Shown here piece by piece: positions 12,166 through 24,284 of a stretch of 64,000 bases of DNA. The notes below the pieces were generated by a model. That model made no database searches. It had not been told where the DNA came from and saw only the letters and a program-made list of their open reading frames with translations. Both the position numbers and the translations under genes were made by a program. The stretch comes from Octopus vulgaris (taxonomy: Eukaryota). Each line of letters starts with the position of its first letter. Within the stretch, counting starts at the first letter, position 1. Where the stretch lies: positions 4,712,001-4,776,000 of the forward strand of contig OX597832.1 of NCBI GenBank assembly GCA_951406725.2, given 5' to 3'.

Positions 12166-13016
12166 CATATTTTTAATTGCTGGCAAGGCAGCAGTATTTC
12201 ATTCTGTAACCATAATATACCACTAAGTATACTATAGTCTATAAGTCAACCTAGTGTCTTACTGCGAGTTAACAGTGCTATAATTTCATTTTAAAGGTTA
12301 TGTCTATAGATTTTCTATTAGAACTTAGAGCCAGTACTATAAATTTCAATGTTTTGTAAACAAATCATCATCGTTTAACGTCCGTTTTCCGCGCTAGCAC
12401 GGGTTGGAATTGAAGATAGAAAAAGTAGTTAATGAGTGTATATGCATATTTCAAGGATTATTGTCCCTTTATCAGTAGCTCATCTAACCCATCAACTAAC
12501 CACAAAAACATTGCTTAAATACCCACTAGGTTTAGCAGTGTAACATAATTGTAGAGACCAACCTGCACATCAAACACACTCCTGGTAACTGATACATATA
12601 TTTAACTGCTGCAAGGAAACAGTATCTTGTTTTGTAACCCCCGTATACAGCTCAGTATATTATAGGTTTGTAAGTGAATACTATGCCTTACCATGTGTTA
12701 ATAGTACTGTAATTTCATTTTTAAGGTTATCTCTATAGATTTTCTATAGTTGCAATGTTTTGTAAACAAATACATCTATGCAAACAATGTAATTGAAGAT
12801 AGAAATAATATGTTACACCACTAAACCTAGTGGGTAGTTGATGAATTACATGAGGTACTGATGAAGGGGCAATAATCCTTGATATAGGTATATACATCCA
12901 TTACCTACTTTTCTTCTATCTCTGATCAAATGTTTTACATACATGAATTTGATTATGAAACATCAAAACTTGTATTCTAAATTTTATAGAAAATCTATAG
13001 AGATAACTTTAAAAAT
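12166..13016. mobile_element. Old PLE pLTR-like array: direct plus inverted repeat with hammerhead remnants
   Basis: 12166-12425 repeated at 12595-12808; ~12290-12546 inverted at 12811-13016. Confidence 0.65.
12852..12898 (+). ncRNA. Degenerate hammerhead motif (mirror copy on minus strand ~12433-12484)
   Basis: gta-CTGATGA-aggg..cctt-GAtA-taggta-TA-tac; mirror copy keeps GAAA but has CTGATAA. Confidence 0.5.
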
Positions 13017-13639
13017 ATATACATAATTATGATAACAATGGCTGATCACTTGTGACTCAGAAAGACCATCACTGACCATTGTCCATGCAAAATGTGAGAA
13101 ATGTTTGTGCATAAGGTTACTACAACTATGATTAGCTTCACCCAGGATCGAGTTTGCAGTTTCCATGCTTATAATGGAATGTGACAAGAGATCAGAAAGT
13201 TGCCTCACAGGTGACCATGCAACCTAAAATTTTAGGTCCAATAAGCCTTGCACAATACCTTACAGACCCTCTCTATTCTATTGACATGATTCAAAGACAA
13301 GCCATAGCAAGACATCCAGTACCAATATGGATCACAAACTCAGGAATGTGGGAGCACCACGATCTCAAGTGAAAGCAAAAAATCCCTAAAATGTCCAGTG
13401 CCATTCCCTGCATATTCAGTTTCATATTAGAGTGACCTTCTCCTAGAGAAATGCTTAAACAAAAGCTAAGGGGTGCATCATGACCAGTGGTCTTCCAGCA
13501 TGCAGGCACCAACCCTGAATTTCTAACAGCCCATGCTCTTGCTAGATAGTCATTGAACTTATACTTTGTTCCTCCATCCTTTTTGACAGATCTTGTTTTT
13601 AGTCCTGCTGGGATTCTAGATAGCCTGACCATACAACAG

Positions 13640-13936
13640 GTATATGGCTTAGAGGTTAGGGTGTTGCACTCACGACTACAAGATCACAGGTTCAATTCCC
13701 AGACCAAGTGTTGCATTGTGTTCTTGAGCAAAGTACTTCATCTCACATTGCTCTGCAGTCTTTTCATCATCTGACATGAGGCACACAGTCCACCTGTACA
13801 GGTAATATTGATTTGATAGAGGGAGTGAGCTGATGGGTACACAAACTATTGATCACTAAAAACAAATCATCTGTGTAGTTGTTCAGCAAGAAATCGCCGA
13901 ACTTTCATATATCGTCTAACAATGGAAGAGTCCATG
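13640..13936 (+). mobile_element. tRNA-derived SINE family D
   Basis: A/B boxes; colinear with 31220-31510. Confidence 0.7.
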
Positions 13937-14001
13937 ATATATATATATATATATATTTATATTAATCAAAATAAAATAAAAACATGATGCCAAGGATTCA
14001 G

Positions 14002-14077
14002 CGGTACATATGTTTTGGGCCTTTATTAGGCGGTTTTATAACAATGCATAATGTGTGTCTATGGCCTTCTTCAGCCG
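14002..14077 (-). ncRNA. Hammerhead motif with G12A change, in a ~235-bp insert between (TA)n tracts
   Basis: Minus: cgg-CTGAAGA-aggcc...ggccc-aAAA-catatg-TA-ccg; stem I cgg/ccg; palindromic stem III ACATATGT. Confidence 0.6.
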
Positions 14078-14214
14078 AACACAATTACTACTTCAAGGAT
14101 ATGTATTACTTTATAAGTATTACGTTGGGGATGCAAATCCTCATAGTCGCGTATGACAAAGTGGGGCACCAACACAAAAACGAAGCGTCCATTTATATAT
14201 ATATATTTATATAT

Positions 14215-14437
14215 ATTCTCTTATTCTTTTATTTGTTTCAGTCATTTGACTGTGGTCATGCTGGAGCACCACTTTCAAGGGTTTTAGTCAAATATTTCGA
14301 CCCCAAGAATAATTTTTTAAGCTTACTACTTATTCTTACCAGTGTCTTTTGCCAAACCACTAAGTTACAGGGATGTAAACACACTAACACCAGTTGTCAA
14401 GTGATGGGGAGACAAACACATGCACACACACATACAC

Positions 14438-14489
<52 letters not shown>

Positions 14490-14762
14490 CTGTGTTTCTA
14501 TGTTTGTCAACTTGACAACTGGTGTTAGCGTGTTTACATCCCTGTAACTTAGCAGTTTGGCAAAAAAAGACTGATAAGAATAAGTACTAAACTTTAAAAA
14601 TATATGATGGACTTCTTTCAGTTTCCATCTACTAAATCCAATCACAAAGTTTTGGCCGGCTTAAGACAATAGTAGAAGACATTTGCTCAAGGTGCCACAA
14701 AGTGGGACTGAACCCGGAACCATGTGGTTAGGAAGCAAGCTTCTTAACACACAGCCATGCCT
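14215..14762 (-). mobile_element. Rearranged SINE family A (minus halves around a plus-strand fragment)
   Basis: 3' half minus 14215-14420, plus fragment ~14500-14590, 5' half minus 14605-14762. Confidence 0.7.
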
Positions 14763-15147
14763 ACTAATATTGTCAAAAGCAGTTTTGGTACAGGATAGCA
14801 TTTTCTACTCTACTATCCAACCTGTTTTATGTTCAAACTGGCCAGATCTGGTCTTTCACCCCTTCCCTACAATATCGTTTTAAAAATTAACAGCTACCTC
14901 ATCAAAATCTCATAGCTACAAGATAATGCATGATTAGTTCAAAACAATGTGGATAAAGAAGCATTAATTTTAGCAGAATAATGCGAACACTAAAGGGTTA
15001 AGATCACCTGCAAAAATTTGTTTCAAAAGGAATTTTTAGTTCAATGTCATCGATTTAGAGAATTTTTTGGTATAAAAATATGGAATAACATATTGCATAA
15101 AGTTTGGGGTTTTATGGAATAACACTATTTATACATATTTTATATAC

Positions 15148-15512
15148 ACATGATTCCAGGTTCAATCCCACTGCGTGGCACTTTGGGCAAGTGTCTTCTA
15201 CTATATCCTCAGGTCGACCAAAGCCTTGTGAGTGGATTTGGTAGACAGAAACTGAAAGAAGCGAGTCGTATATATATATGTGTATATGTGTATGTCTGTG
15301 TGTCTGATTTTGTCCCCCTCAACATTGCTTGACAACCAATGCTGGTGTGTTTACGTGCCCGTAACTTAGCAGTTCAGCAAAAGAGACTGATAGAATAAGT
15401 ACTGGGCTTACAAAGAATAAGTCCTGAGGTTGATTTGCTCGACTAAAGGCGGTGCTCCAGCATGGCCACAGTCAAATGACTGAAACAAGTAAAAGAGTAA
15501 GAGTAAAGAGTA
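15148..15512 (+). mobile_element. SINE family A
   Basis: Family A body and (agagtaa) tail. Confidence 0.85.
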
Positions 15513-15738
15513 AATAATCATATTTCTTGACAGCAAGCCTATTTGGCAATGTTATCAAAAGCATTTTAGCGTCCTCTTTTTGGCAACATTGTAATACATT
15601 TTGATTATTTACATTCCTCATGTGCTGTCGGTTGAGATAACATCACTTAATGACTGCATTAACTGTTTTATTGTTTCTTTCAGGTTCAATTATTAAGAAT
15701 AAGTAAAATTAGTGGAATGCCTAAAAATCAACCTAAAT

Positions 15739-17092
15739 ATGGGTAAAACCAGTCATTTATCATCTGAAAAGAGACAAAGTATTGTCACATTACATAGTGA
15801 AGGCTATAGTTTTATAGATATAGCCATTATAAGATATAATGAAACAGGAAAAAATAATGACAGAGCTCAGTCAGGTCATCTAAAAGGGACTTCTAAATCA
15901 CAAGATAAGTTCATCAGAGTCACCAGTCTTCGAAAGAGGTGCCTGATAGCAAATGAAATCACTGCCAGCAAAGCTAATGTATCTCCTACAATCATGAGGC
16001 AAAGATTCATTGCTACTGGGCTAAATGGCCATTGATCTGCCAGAAAACCACTGCTTTGACCTGTGAATAAGCATGACTCATACAGGCCAGAAAAACACCA
16101 AACTTGGAATGTTGATCAATGGAAACAAGTCCTCTGGACTGATGATTCTTTGGATCTCAGTATAGAGTTTATGCAAGGCAAATAATTGGTGAATGGCTGA
16201 TTCCTGAGTGTATAGTTCCAACTGTAAAGGGGAAGTGTGATGATCTGGAAGTGTATTGCAGACAATAGTGTTGGGGACATTCATTGGATAATAGGAATAC
16301 TGAACCAAAACAGGTATTACTGTAAAGGCGGCAAGCTGGCAGAATCGTTAGCACACCGGGCGAAATGCGTAGCTGTATTTCGTCTGCCGTTACGTTGTGA
16401 GTTCAAATTCCGCCGAGGTCGACTTTGCCTTTCATCCTTTCGGGGTCGTTTAAATAAGTACCAGTTACGCGCTGGGGTCGATATAATCGACTTAATCCGT
16501 TTGTCTGTCCTTGTTTGTTCCTTCTGTGTTTAGCCCCTTGTGGGTAGTAAAGAAACAGGTATTACTGTATCCTCCAGTGTCATGCCATCTCGTCTGGGAT
16601 GCAACTGATTGGTGGTAATTTCATGCTGATGCAAGATAACAATCCATAACACACTTCTAAGCTACACAAAAACTATTTACAGTAGAAAATGGATGAAAAA
16701 AAGTTGGCTGTAATGGAATGGCCTGCCCAATCCCCTGATTGCAATCCCATCAAAATTGAGTGAGATGAATTGGACTGAAGAGTCAAAAAGCAACAACCAA
16801 GTAGTACAGAAACCCTCTGGATACTCTTACAAGAGGAATGGCAAAATATTACCAGTGAATATTTGCTTTCATTGCTCGAACGAATGCCCAGAGTAAGGCC
16901 CGCAGTGATCAAGGCCAAGGACGGATATTTTGATGAGTCTAAGATTTTGAGCTTTTTTCTGATTTTTCAGAGTTTTGTTTAATTACTGACTTAATTATGT
17001 CATCCAATGAATGTAACTATACATTAATAAAATAGGTCACCAGAATCTCTCCCTTATTTCCATTTTGTAGGTCTTAAACTTTTGGATAGTAG
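15739..17092 (+). mobile_element. Decayed Tc1-type transposon interrupted by a SINE
   Basis: MGKTSHLSSEKRQSIVTLHSEGYS, VLWTDDS, MQDNNP*HTSK, WPAQSPDCNPI, RMPRV..AVIKAKDGYFDE; right TIR-like end ~17065-17092. Confidence 0.85.
16325..16552 (+). mobile_element. SINE family B with 17-bp TSD
   Basis: TSD aaacaggtattactgta at 16308-16324 and 16553-16569; B box gagttcaaattcc. Confidence 0.92.
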
Positions 17093-17440
17093 TGTCTATG
17101 TTACATAACATAGATATACTATCAAAAGCTACATTTCTCATACAGACATACAGTGCTAAAGAGCACAGATGTGTATCAGTAGAAGATAAAATGCTTTCTG
17201 TCTGCTACGGATATATGTTTGTGCTTTTTATCACTATACATTTATACAAGGCACTTTCTCAAGATGAAAACTACAGCTCTGTGCCTTTCAATATGATAAC
17301 CATTTTAAGTAAGATATACATAATGTCCTTTCTCTCTCTCCCTATATATAAATATAAATGTAAGTATGTATATATGTGTGTGTGTATATATATATATACA
17401 TGTGTGTGTGTGTGTATGTATATATATATATATATATACA

Positions 17441-18266
17441 CACAGAATGCTGTGAATAAACAGTCATCTAATTTATGCAAAAATGAAAATAACACTGACG
17501 TCCAATTTTAACAGATATATTTACCAAAATTACATAAAAATATCTTGAAAATTTATTCAATAAAATTGTCATTGGCTTCAACAACAATCTCCAGATGAAT
17601 TCAGAATATCCTGCAACTCTTCTGGACAGTCTCCTTGTTTAAGTTGGTGAACGCTGCCATAATCCTATGCGTCCTACACATAATAATCAAGGGGGTCAAA
17701 GTCTGAGGAGTTAGGTGGCCAGATGTTAGGGGTGATATAGTCACAGAAATTGTCTAACAGCCATGACTGGGTTCTCCTGCTTGTGTGGCATGGTGCAGAA
17801 TCCTGTTGCCAGACATAAGGTCTTCCAGCAGCCACCCTCTTGACCCAGGGCAGCACTACCTCCTCCAGCCACCTGATGTTGGCCTCCATGTTGAGTCTGA
17901 GGCCACTTGAGAACATGAATGGAGGCATAATATCACCATCACTAGTGATCACTCCAAACACCCTGATATTGAGTGGATGTTTGATTTTTATTACTCTCAG
18001 TACATATTTTGGGGACACAGCAAGCCAATGGTTGTTCCGTGCATTCACCATCTGTTCATATTGGAGCTTCCAGTGTGAATGCCAAGCAGTACAGCATGTT
18101 GTTTCAAATTTCTGGCAGAGTGAACTGCATCATGGTGCTGTTTTTTCACAGACAGTGCCCGACTGACCCTACTATACTGTGTAGTCAACAAAATCAGAAA
18201 CAAACAATGTGCATGTGCAAAAATAAAAATATAAAATGGTGACAATTTATCCATTGCACCCTGTAA
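17441..18266 (-). mobile_element. Internally deleted maT/DD37D-like Tc1-mariner element
   Basis: ORF 17674-18051: VFGVITSDG, WQQDSAPCHTS, WPPNSSDFDPLDYYV; degenerate TIRs at both ends. Confidence 0.8.
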
Positions 18267-18317
18267 CCCTGTACATACATATACACACATACATACATAT
18301 ATACATACATACATACA

Positions 18318-18363
<46 letters not shown>

Positions 18364-18674
18364 ACATGTGTGTGCATGAATGTAAATGTATGTATATATA
18401 CACATGTATCTGAATGTGTAAATATAAGGGTTACATATTTACATACAAATTCTTACTATCTATCCTCTTCTCTCTTCAGCTTGTCAAATCTCCCTACTTC
18501 CCTTCGTTCCCTCTTCTTCTTTCACTTTGCAGGTGCTTGTCTTAGACCAAGATTGAGGAAATTGTTATTCACTGAGTAGTAATTGCTTAATTAAATTGAC
18601 ATATACAAGAGCCTGTTCACGCAAATCTTTTCAACCCCCAACTATTCTCCCACTCTTCCCTCCAAGTCCACAAC

Positions 18675-19340
18675 TTCAGAGCCACTACAATCAATGTCCA
18701 CACAATGAAAAATAGGTCCAGCGAGATTAGTAAAATGCTAGAGAGGAGGCATGCTGATATAAGCTGTATGCCAGAAGGGAGAGGTGACCCTCAGTTAGAT
18801 TCCTTATGAGCAAGGAACATGGGTACAAATGCTCTTGATTAGGTAGGTAGTATTGACATACTTTTGGCAGGGAAATAGGTGGATAAAGTCATTGAGACTA
18901 TAGAGTGTGTGAGAGGATAAAGGTGAGATTAGTTAATTTATCAAGTCTTAGATAAATTAACTGTTACATGTATCTCTGTCTATGCTCTGCAATGTGGGTT
19001 GGCAGATAAACAGAACTAATTTTACAAGCTCCTCTCACAGATTACCTTAATGACAAATGACAGTGATATATTATTGTGGCTGGTGACTTCAGTTACATGT
19101 TGGGTAGCACTCCAAAGGATTACAGGGAGTGCAAGAAGGTTTCAGCTTCAGTGCTAGAAATGAGGAGGGAACAAGGCTGCTAGAGTTCTGTGATGCAAAT
19201 GACCTGACCTACAAGACTAGCTTCAGGAAACCAGCTGGTTATCTGATCACCTATCAATTTGGTGGGCACAAACCAAACTGACTACATTCTCACCAGAAAA
19301 TGAGTTAAGGTTAGTGATTAGTGACTTCAGACTTTGAGCT
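18675..19340 (+). mobile_element. RTE LINE endonuclease (APE) region, decayed
   Basis: TINVHTMKNRSSEISKMLERR, ISVYALQCGL, VAGDF, NEEGTRLLEFCDANDL, DYILTRK with stops/frameshifts. Confidence 0.75.
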
Positions 19341-20427
19341 AGAAGGATCAAAGGAACTACTCAGAACCATTTAACATGTTATCTATCCTTCATCCATAAA
19401 TAGTTCTCTCCACCCACACATTATATTGATCCCATCCTTTCTGTTGGTGCCTCTATGTGTTTGTGCTCGTCGTAACCAACGGAGTGCTAAGATGTGTTTG
19501 TGTGAGTGAGTGTGTGTGGGTACTCCATCACCATATGTTTCTCACTCTGCTCATGCATTACACATGCTTCTTTCTTCACCATCCCTATGCCAGCAACCTA
19601 CCTAACTACATGTTATCTCTCTCTCTCATTCCTCCCCTGTCTACTGTTTCATAGCCACTGTTATGCTGCTCTACCCAATCTTTTTTTTCTGTACTGTCAC
19701 TCACCTTCTACTCTACTTCTCCCACCTCATGCATCATTGGTTATTTCCCACTCCTTCTGAGGTATTCACCACATCCACCTTTCAACCCTGTCCAATCATG
19801 ATAGTTACCACCTACTGCCTGGTCCTCACCCATTCCTCATCAATTTACATTCATTCTCTCAGTCCACCATACATACTTGCAACCTCCATCCACCCATAGG
19901 TCCCTCTCTCTACACTCACTTCTACTCACCTCATACCTCCAGAGTGTACTCAGACATTTCACGACCACTATTTTTATCTCTCTCTAGCTCCACCGGAACA
20001 CTCTCTTATCCTCTCAACTAAAATATAAGTAGCCATGTATGAGGTGCATCCCAGAAGTTTTGAGACTTCCTGGGAAAGGCAATTAAAACTGTCAATTAAA
20101 CTGTCCTGATTTATTGTAATTTTAGTATTCCATTATACATCTAATAAGCTGATCTGTCAAATGTTTAATTCCAAACTGAAGGAGACAGCTGTAACAGCAC
20201 TTTGAACACACTCTACTAAACACTGCTTGTCACAATTGACTAGTTTTCTAGTTTGCAGTTGGGACATGAAGATGATTTGGAAGCTTACTATGCAATAAAT
20301 TTTTGTGTTAAACTGAACAAAAATGTTAGTTTCATTCATCTGCTTAAGAGTCTAAAGTAAGCTTTATCCAAGGTTTAGCCACTGTCATGTGATACAGTTA
20401 TGAAATATGTAAGTTATACATATCTTT

Positions 20428-20583
20428 AACATAGAATGAGAAATAATATGTGGGGCAGAGCCCTATGTAAACAAAAGAAAAAGATGCAATTTATGCCTAG
20501 AAGAAATATTCCATATTTTCACATCTAAACACCAGTTACTAAATCATAAGCAGCAACTATCTGAAGGCTGTACACACCTTTAG
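20428..20583 (+). mobile_element. Penelope-like GIY-YIG endonuclease C-terminal remnant
   Basis: NIE*EIICGAEPYVNKRKRCNLCLEEIFHIFTSKHQLLNHKQQLSEGCTHL*, fitting W.I...A.PY...C.LCL.E....LLN.....C.H. Confidence 0.7.
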
Positions 20584-20766
20584 ACAAAGGCATTCAAATA
20601 TTTCTATAGAAAGGATTTTTGATTAAGTAAGCACCACATATATAGGAAAAGCTAAAGTCTGAATGGTAAATGTCAGTGTAATATCTAGTTGTCTATATCC
20701 GAGTAGTAATTAGTATTCTTCATATATAAAACTCCAAATATGAAACAATTTCCTATATATCTAAGT

Positions 20767-21440
20767 GGACGAAATCTACATGTTTCAAACATGATTTATA
20801 TAAAGATTTGAATTGGCCTTATAAGTAAGTTATACATATTTCCTATCTCTAAATTATATCTGACTTAGTGACTTGTAATTGTACACATATATCTCTGAAA
20901 CACATCTATTTGTAATTTGTAATTCACTTAAGACTAGTGGTTGAAATATACTCTGATTTAATTAAGAATTTAGTAATCATGATTTGAAATTCAAACCTAG
21001 GGTCATTATAGGGTCAGCCTCATAAACATTTACTATTGTTGTATCAGGTTTCCAAATGTTTCTCACCCATTCTTTGCACTCAAAAACTATAGTCCCCTAT
21101 CAAATATAATGTTTGCTAAACCAACATACCCTTAATTTGCTTCAAACCACAACAGTGGTAAAACCTTGAATAAAATTAGATAGACTCATTAATTTGTAGT
21201 GAATGAAACTGGATGCAAGTGCAGCTGCAAGATGTCTAAGCAGCAGAAACGTACATCAGAGAGATTTAAATTAATTATGCTGCACCCTTGAATGTAAAAA
21301 TAAAAAAAGTGCAGGTGTATTAGTCTGGATGAAATCTACAAGTTTCAAACATGATTTATATAAAGATTTGAATTGCTCTTGTAAGTTATACATATTTCCT
21401 ATCTCTAAATTATATCTGACTTAGTGACTTGTAATTGTAC

Positions 21441-21444
<4 letters not shown>
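20767..21444 (+). repeat. ~120-bp direct repeat pair (20767-20888 / 21327-21444), pLTR-like
   Basis: gaaatctaca.gtttcaaacatg...gtgacttgtaattgtacacat occurs twice downstream of the PLE endonuclease remnant. Confidence 0.75.
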
Positions 21445-21473
<29 letters not shown>

Positions 21474-21737
21474 TGCACACACACACATAAATATGCAGAA
21501 CATGTGACAAAAGAACTCTAACAAATACACTGTAACTGATAATAATACAGCTAAAGTGAAGATTAAGTAAATAATACATGTGCTTATTGACTAAATGACC
21601 ATCCGCAAATATAACTATATATATATATATACCCCGGAGTAAACACATAAATGTGAAACAAGGTGGAAAAAAGAGTACTCAAATACCAGTGGTAGAGTAA
21701 TATGCTTTATTTAAAGCAGCAGAAAATTCAACAAAAT

Positions 21738-21775
21738 CTGTTACTCTGAGTTTCTCATTGCCGTTCATCAGACAG
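21738..21775 (-). ncRNA. Minimal type-I hammerhead motif (mirror copy)
   Basis: ctgt-CTGATGA-acggcaatga-GAAA-ctcagag-TA-acag. Confidence 0.6.
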
Positions 21776-21791
21776 TTTTTGCTAGAAAAAA

Positions 21792-21829
21792 CTGTCTGAT
21801 GAACGGCAACGAGAAACTCAGAGTAACAG
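21792..21829 (+). ncRNA. Minimal type-I hammerhead motif
   Basis: ctgt-CTGATGA-acg gcaa cga-GAAA-ctc a gag-TA-acag; stem I 4 bp, GCAA loop II, 10.1-11.1 A.A mismatch. Confidence 0.65.
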
Positions 21830-21861
21830 ATTTTGTTGAATTTTCTGCTGCTTTAAATAAA

Positions 21862-21914
<53 letters not shown>

Positions 21915-22039
21915 GCAAAACACACACACACATACTTTATATTGTTCATCATCATTAGCATCACTTAACATCCATTTTTCCATGCTTCTGCATGTCAGAT
22001 ATTATTTGTTAAGATAGATCTTCTAAGGTTGGATGGCTG

Positions 22040-22072
<33 letters not shown>

Positions 22073-22235
22073 TCATACACATACACACACAAGGCTTTGG
22101 TCGCTCCATAGCTTTAGTAGAAAGTACTTACCAAAGGTGCCACACAGTGTGATTGAACCTGAGACCACATGGTTAACCAGCAAGCATCTCAACTACATAA
22201 CTATATTTGTGCCCATATACATATATACATATATG

Positions 22236-22442
22236 AATGGGTGCTGGAAAGTTCCTGGTTTTAAGGGTATCACAAAATGCCCAATTGGAGGCCCAACCTT
22301 CTGAGTTCCTTTACAGGTCTTAGAAAAACTGAAGGATTGTTGCAGTGTGTGAATCTGAGAGGAGAATATGTTGAATAAAATCATAATTAACTGATCCTCC
22401 TGTGTTTTCTTTTATCCAAAGCCAGGAACTCTTTAGCACCCT
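22236..22442. mobile_element. Mariner-type MITE
   Basis: TIRs gggtgctggaaagttcctgg / ccaggaactctttagcaccc; same family as 60948. Confidence 0.8.
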
Positions 22443-22781
22443 AGCATGTGTGTGTGTGTATGTATATATATATACACACACACTATATACAAAGACACAT
22501 ATACATATATACACTCACACATACATAAATATACATACACACAGACAATTGATTTCCACATGTTTCTGTCAACAAAATGTTAGTTATTCACAAGGCTTTT
22601 GTTGAAACCAGTGTTTTGTTAGAAGCATTTGCCCAATAACGTATGCAGTGGGATCAAACCTAGATTCATGTAGTTGCAAAGAGAAATTCTTTATCACAGA
22701 GCCCTGCCTCCATTGATATAAAACGAAAGTCACTTAAAATGATTCAGGAAATAAATTTGAAACAAAATTATCTGAACATAC

Positions 22782-22834
22782 CATCCTATCAGTGAAATGC
22801 AAGCAGTCGCCCGTCGGACAGCAATTATAATATC
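22782..22834 (-). CDS. Candidate 53-nt internal coding exon (DIIIAVRRATACISLIG-C), resembling TM1 of cAMP-receptor-like/GPR157-type GPCRs
   Basis: Acceptor ttttttcttttgcttgtag and donor gtatgt on minus strand; CpG-retaining, non-repetitive; open hydrophobic frame; family assignment from recall only. Confidence 0.55.
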
Positions 22835-23427
22835 CTACAAGCAAAAGAAAAAACAAGATAGCATCAAAACATTCAAATAGACTGCAATCATTGTATATTA
22901 CATCAGTTTAACATTGCATAATTATTATATGGGATATAAGAGATACTTATAAATATTATTATTGACTAAAGAAATACAAGTAAAGGTAAGAAAAATACAG
23001 TTATTTGATAATCAAGTTTTATGTAAAAGCAGCACATGATTTGTTTTTTGTTTTTGACAAACCAGTTTTTTTTTTATTCTTACATCTAATTTATGTTTGG
23101 GACACCATTTATGTAAAATGCCAACCCAAACAAGATTGAAATTCAACACCAGTACATCATCATCATCATCATCAGTATTGATTTACCATCCACTTCCCCA
23201 TGCTTGCACGGGTCAGACAGAATTTCTTGAGACAAATTTTCTATAGCTTGATGCCCTTTCTGTCACCAACTCTCATTTCCAAGTAAGGCATTTTCGCCAT
23301 AGCCAGATAGGTTTTTCCCAGAAGATTGGACAATCTAGCTTATATGATGGTGATGCTTATTTATAATCATCACAGGAAGTTTCGACAAGGGTACACATAA
23401 ACATACTTGCATGTGCACGCACACACA

Positions 23428-23734
23428 ATGGGCTTCTTTCAATTTTTGTCTACCAAATCCACTCACAAGGCTTTGGTCAGCCCAGAGCTATAGTAGAAGA
23501 CACTTGCTCAAGGTGCCATGCAATGAGATCAAACCATACATCCATGCCCACACCTATTGATATTATATTTATAGGCACAAGCATGGCTACATGGTAAGAA
23601 GTTTGCTTCCCAAATACGTGGTTCTTGGTTCAGTCCCATTACATGGCACTTTGGACAAGTGTCTACTACAATAGCCTCAGGTTTATCAAAAGCCTTGTGA
23701 GTGGATTTAGTAGAGAGAAACGGAAAGAAGCCAG

Positions 23735-23769
<35 letters not shown>

Positions 23770-23980
23770 TGTGTCTATCTCTGTTTCTCCCCCACCACTG
23801 CTTGACATCTGGTAGTAATGCGTTTTCGACCCTGTAACTTAGTAGTTCAGCAAAAGAGACTAATAGAATAAATGCCTAACTGAAAAAAATAAGTACTGGG
23901 GTCCATTCATTTGACTAAAATTCTTGAAGGTGATGCCCTAGCATTGTATAATGACTAAAATAAGTAAAAAATGAAAGAAA
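23428..23980. mobile_element. Head-to-head SINE family A pair (minus 5' half 23428-23550; plus copy 23572-23980)
   Basis: Family A motifs on both strands. Confidence 0.75.
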
Positions 23981-24284
23981 TATGGTAGGGCTTTGTATAT
24001 GTCTACCAATTGCAATGAGTTTATCCTTGTAATTAGTAGGCTAAAACTCTTCTTTGGAGTGTTTAAAACCCAAATGTAGTAAGTACAAATAACTCACAAC
24101 AAAAACAGTCAAGTGAAATGATTGGAAATATACAGGCATAGCTGTGTGCTAAGAAGTTTGCTTCACAAGCACATGGTTTCAGGTACAGTCTCACAGTGAG
24201 ACACACTGGCATCTTCTACTGTAGCCCTGGGCTGATTAAAGCCTTGCTAGCGAATTTGGTAGATGAAAATTGAAAGTAGTCATC

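Larger units (their letters stand above)
21632..21862. mobile_element. Short fold-back element between (TA)n tracts
   Basis: Arms 21705-21780 / 21787-21862, 6-nt loop, one mismatch seen. Confidence 0.85.

Noticed and set aside
13030-13632. 113-aa minus ORF, possibly a decayed L1/Tx1 fragment
   Set aside because: Only vague motif resemblance; cannot be supported without a search.
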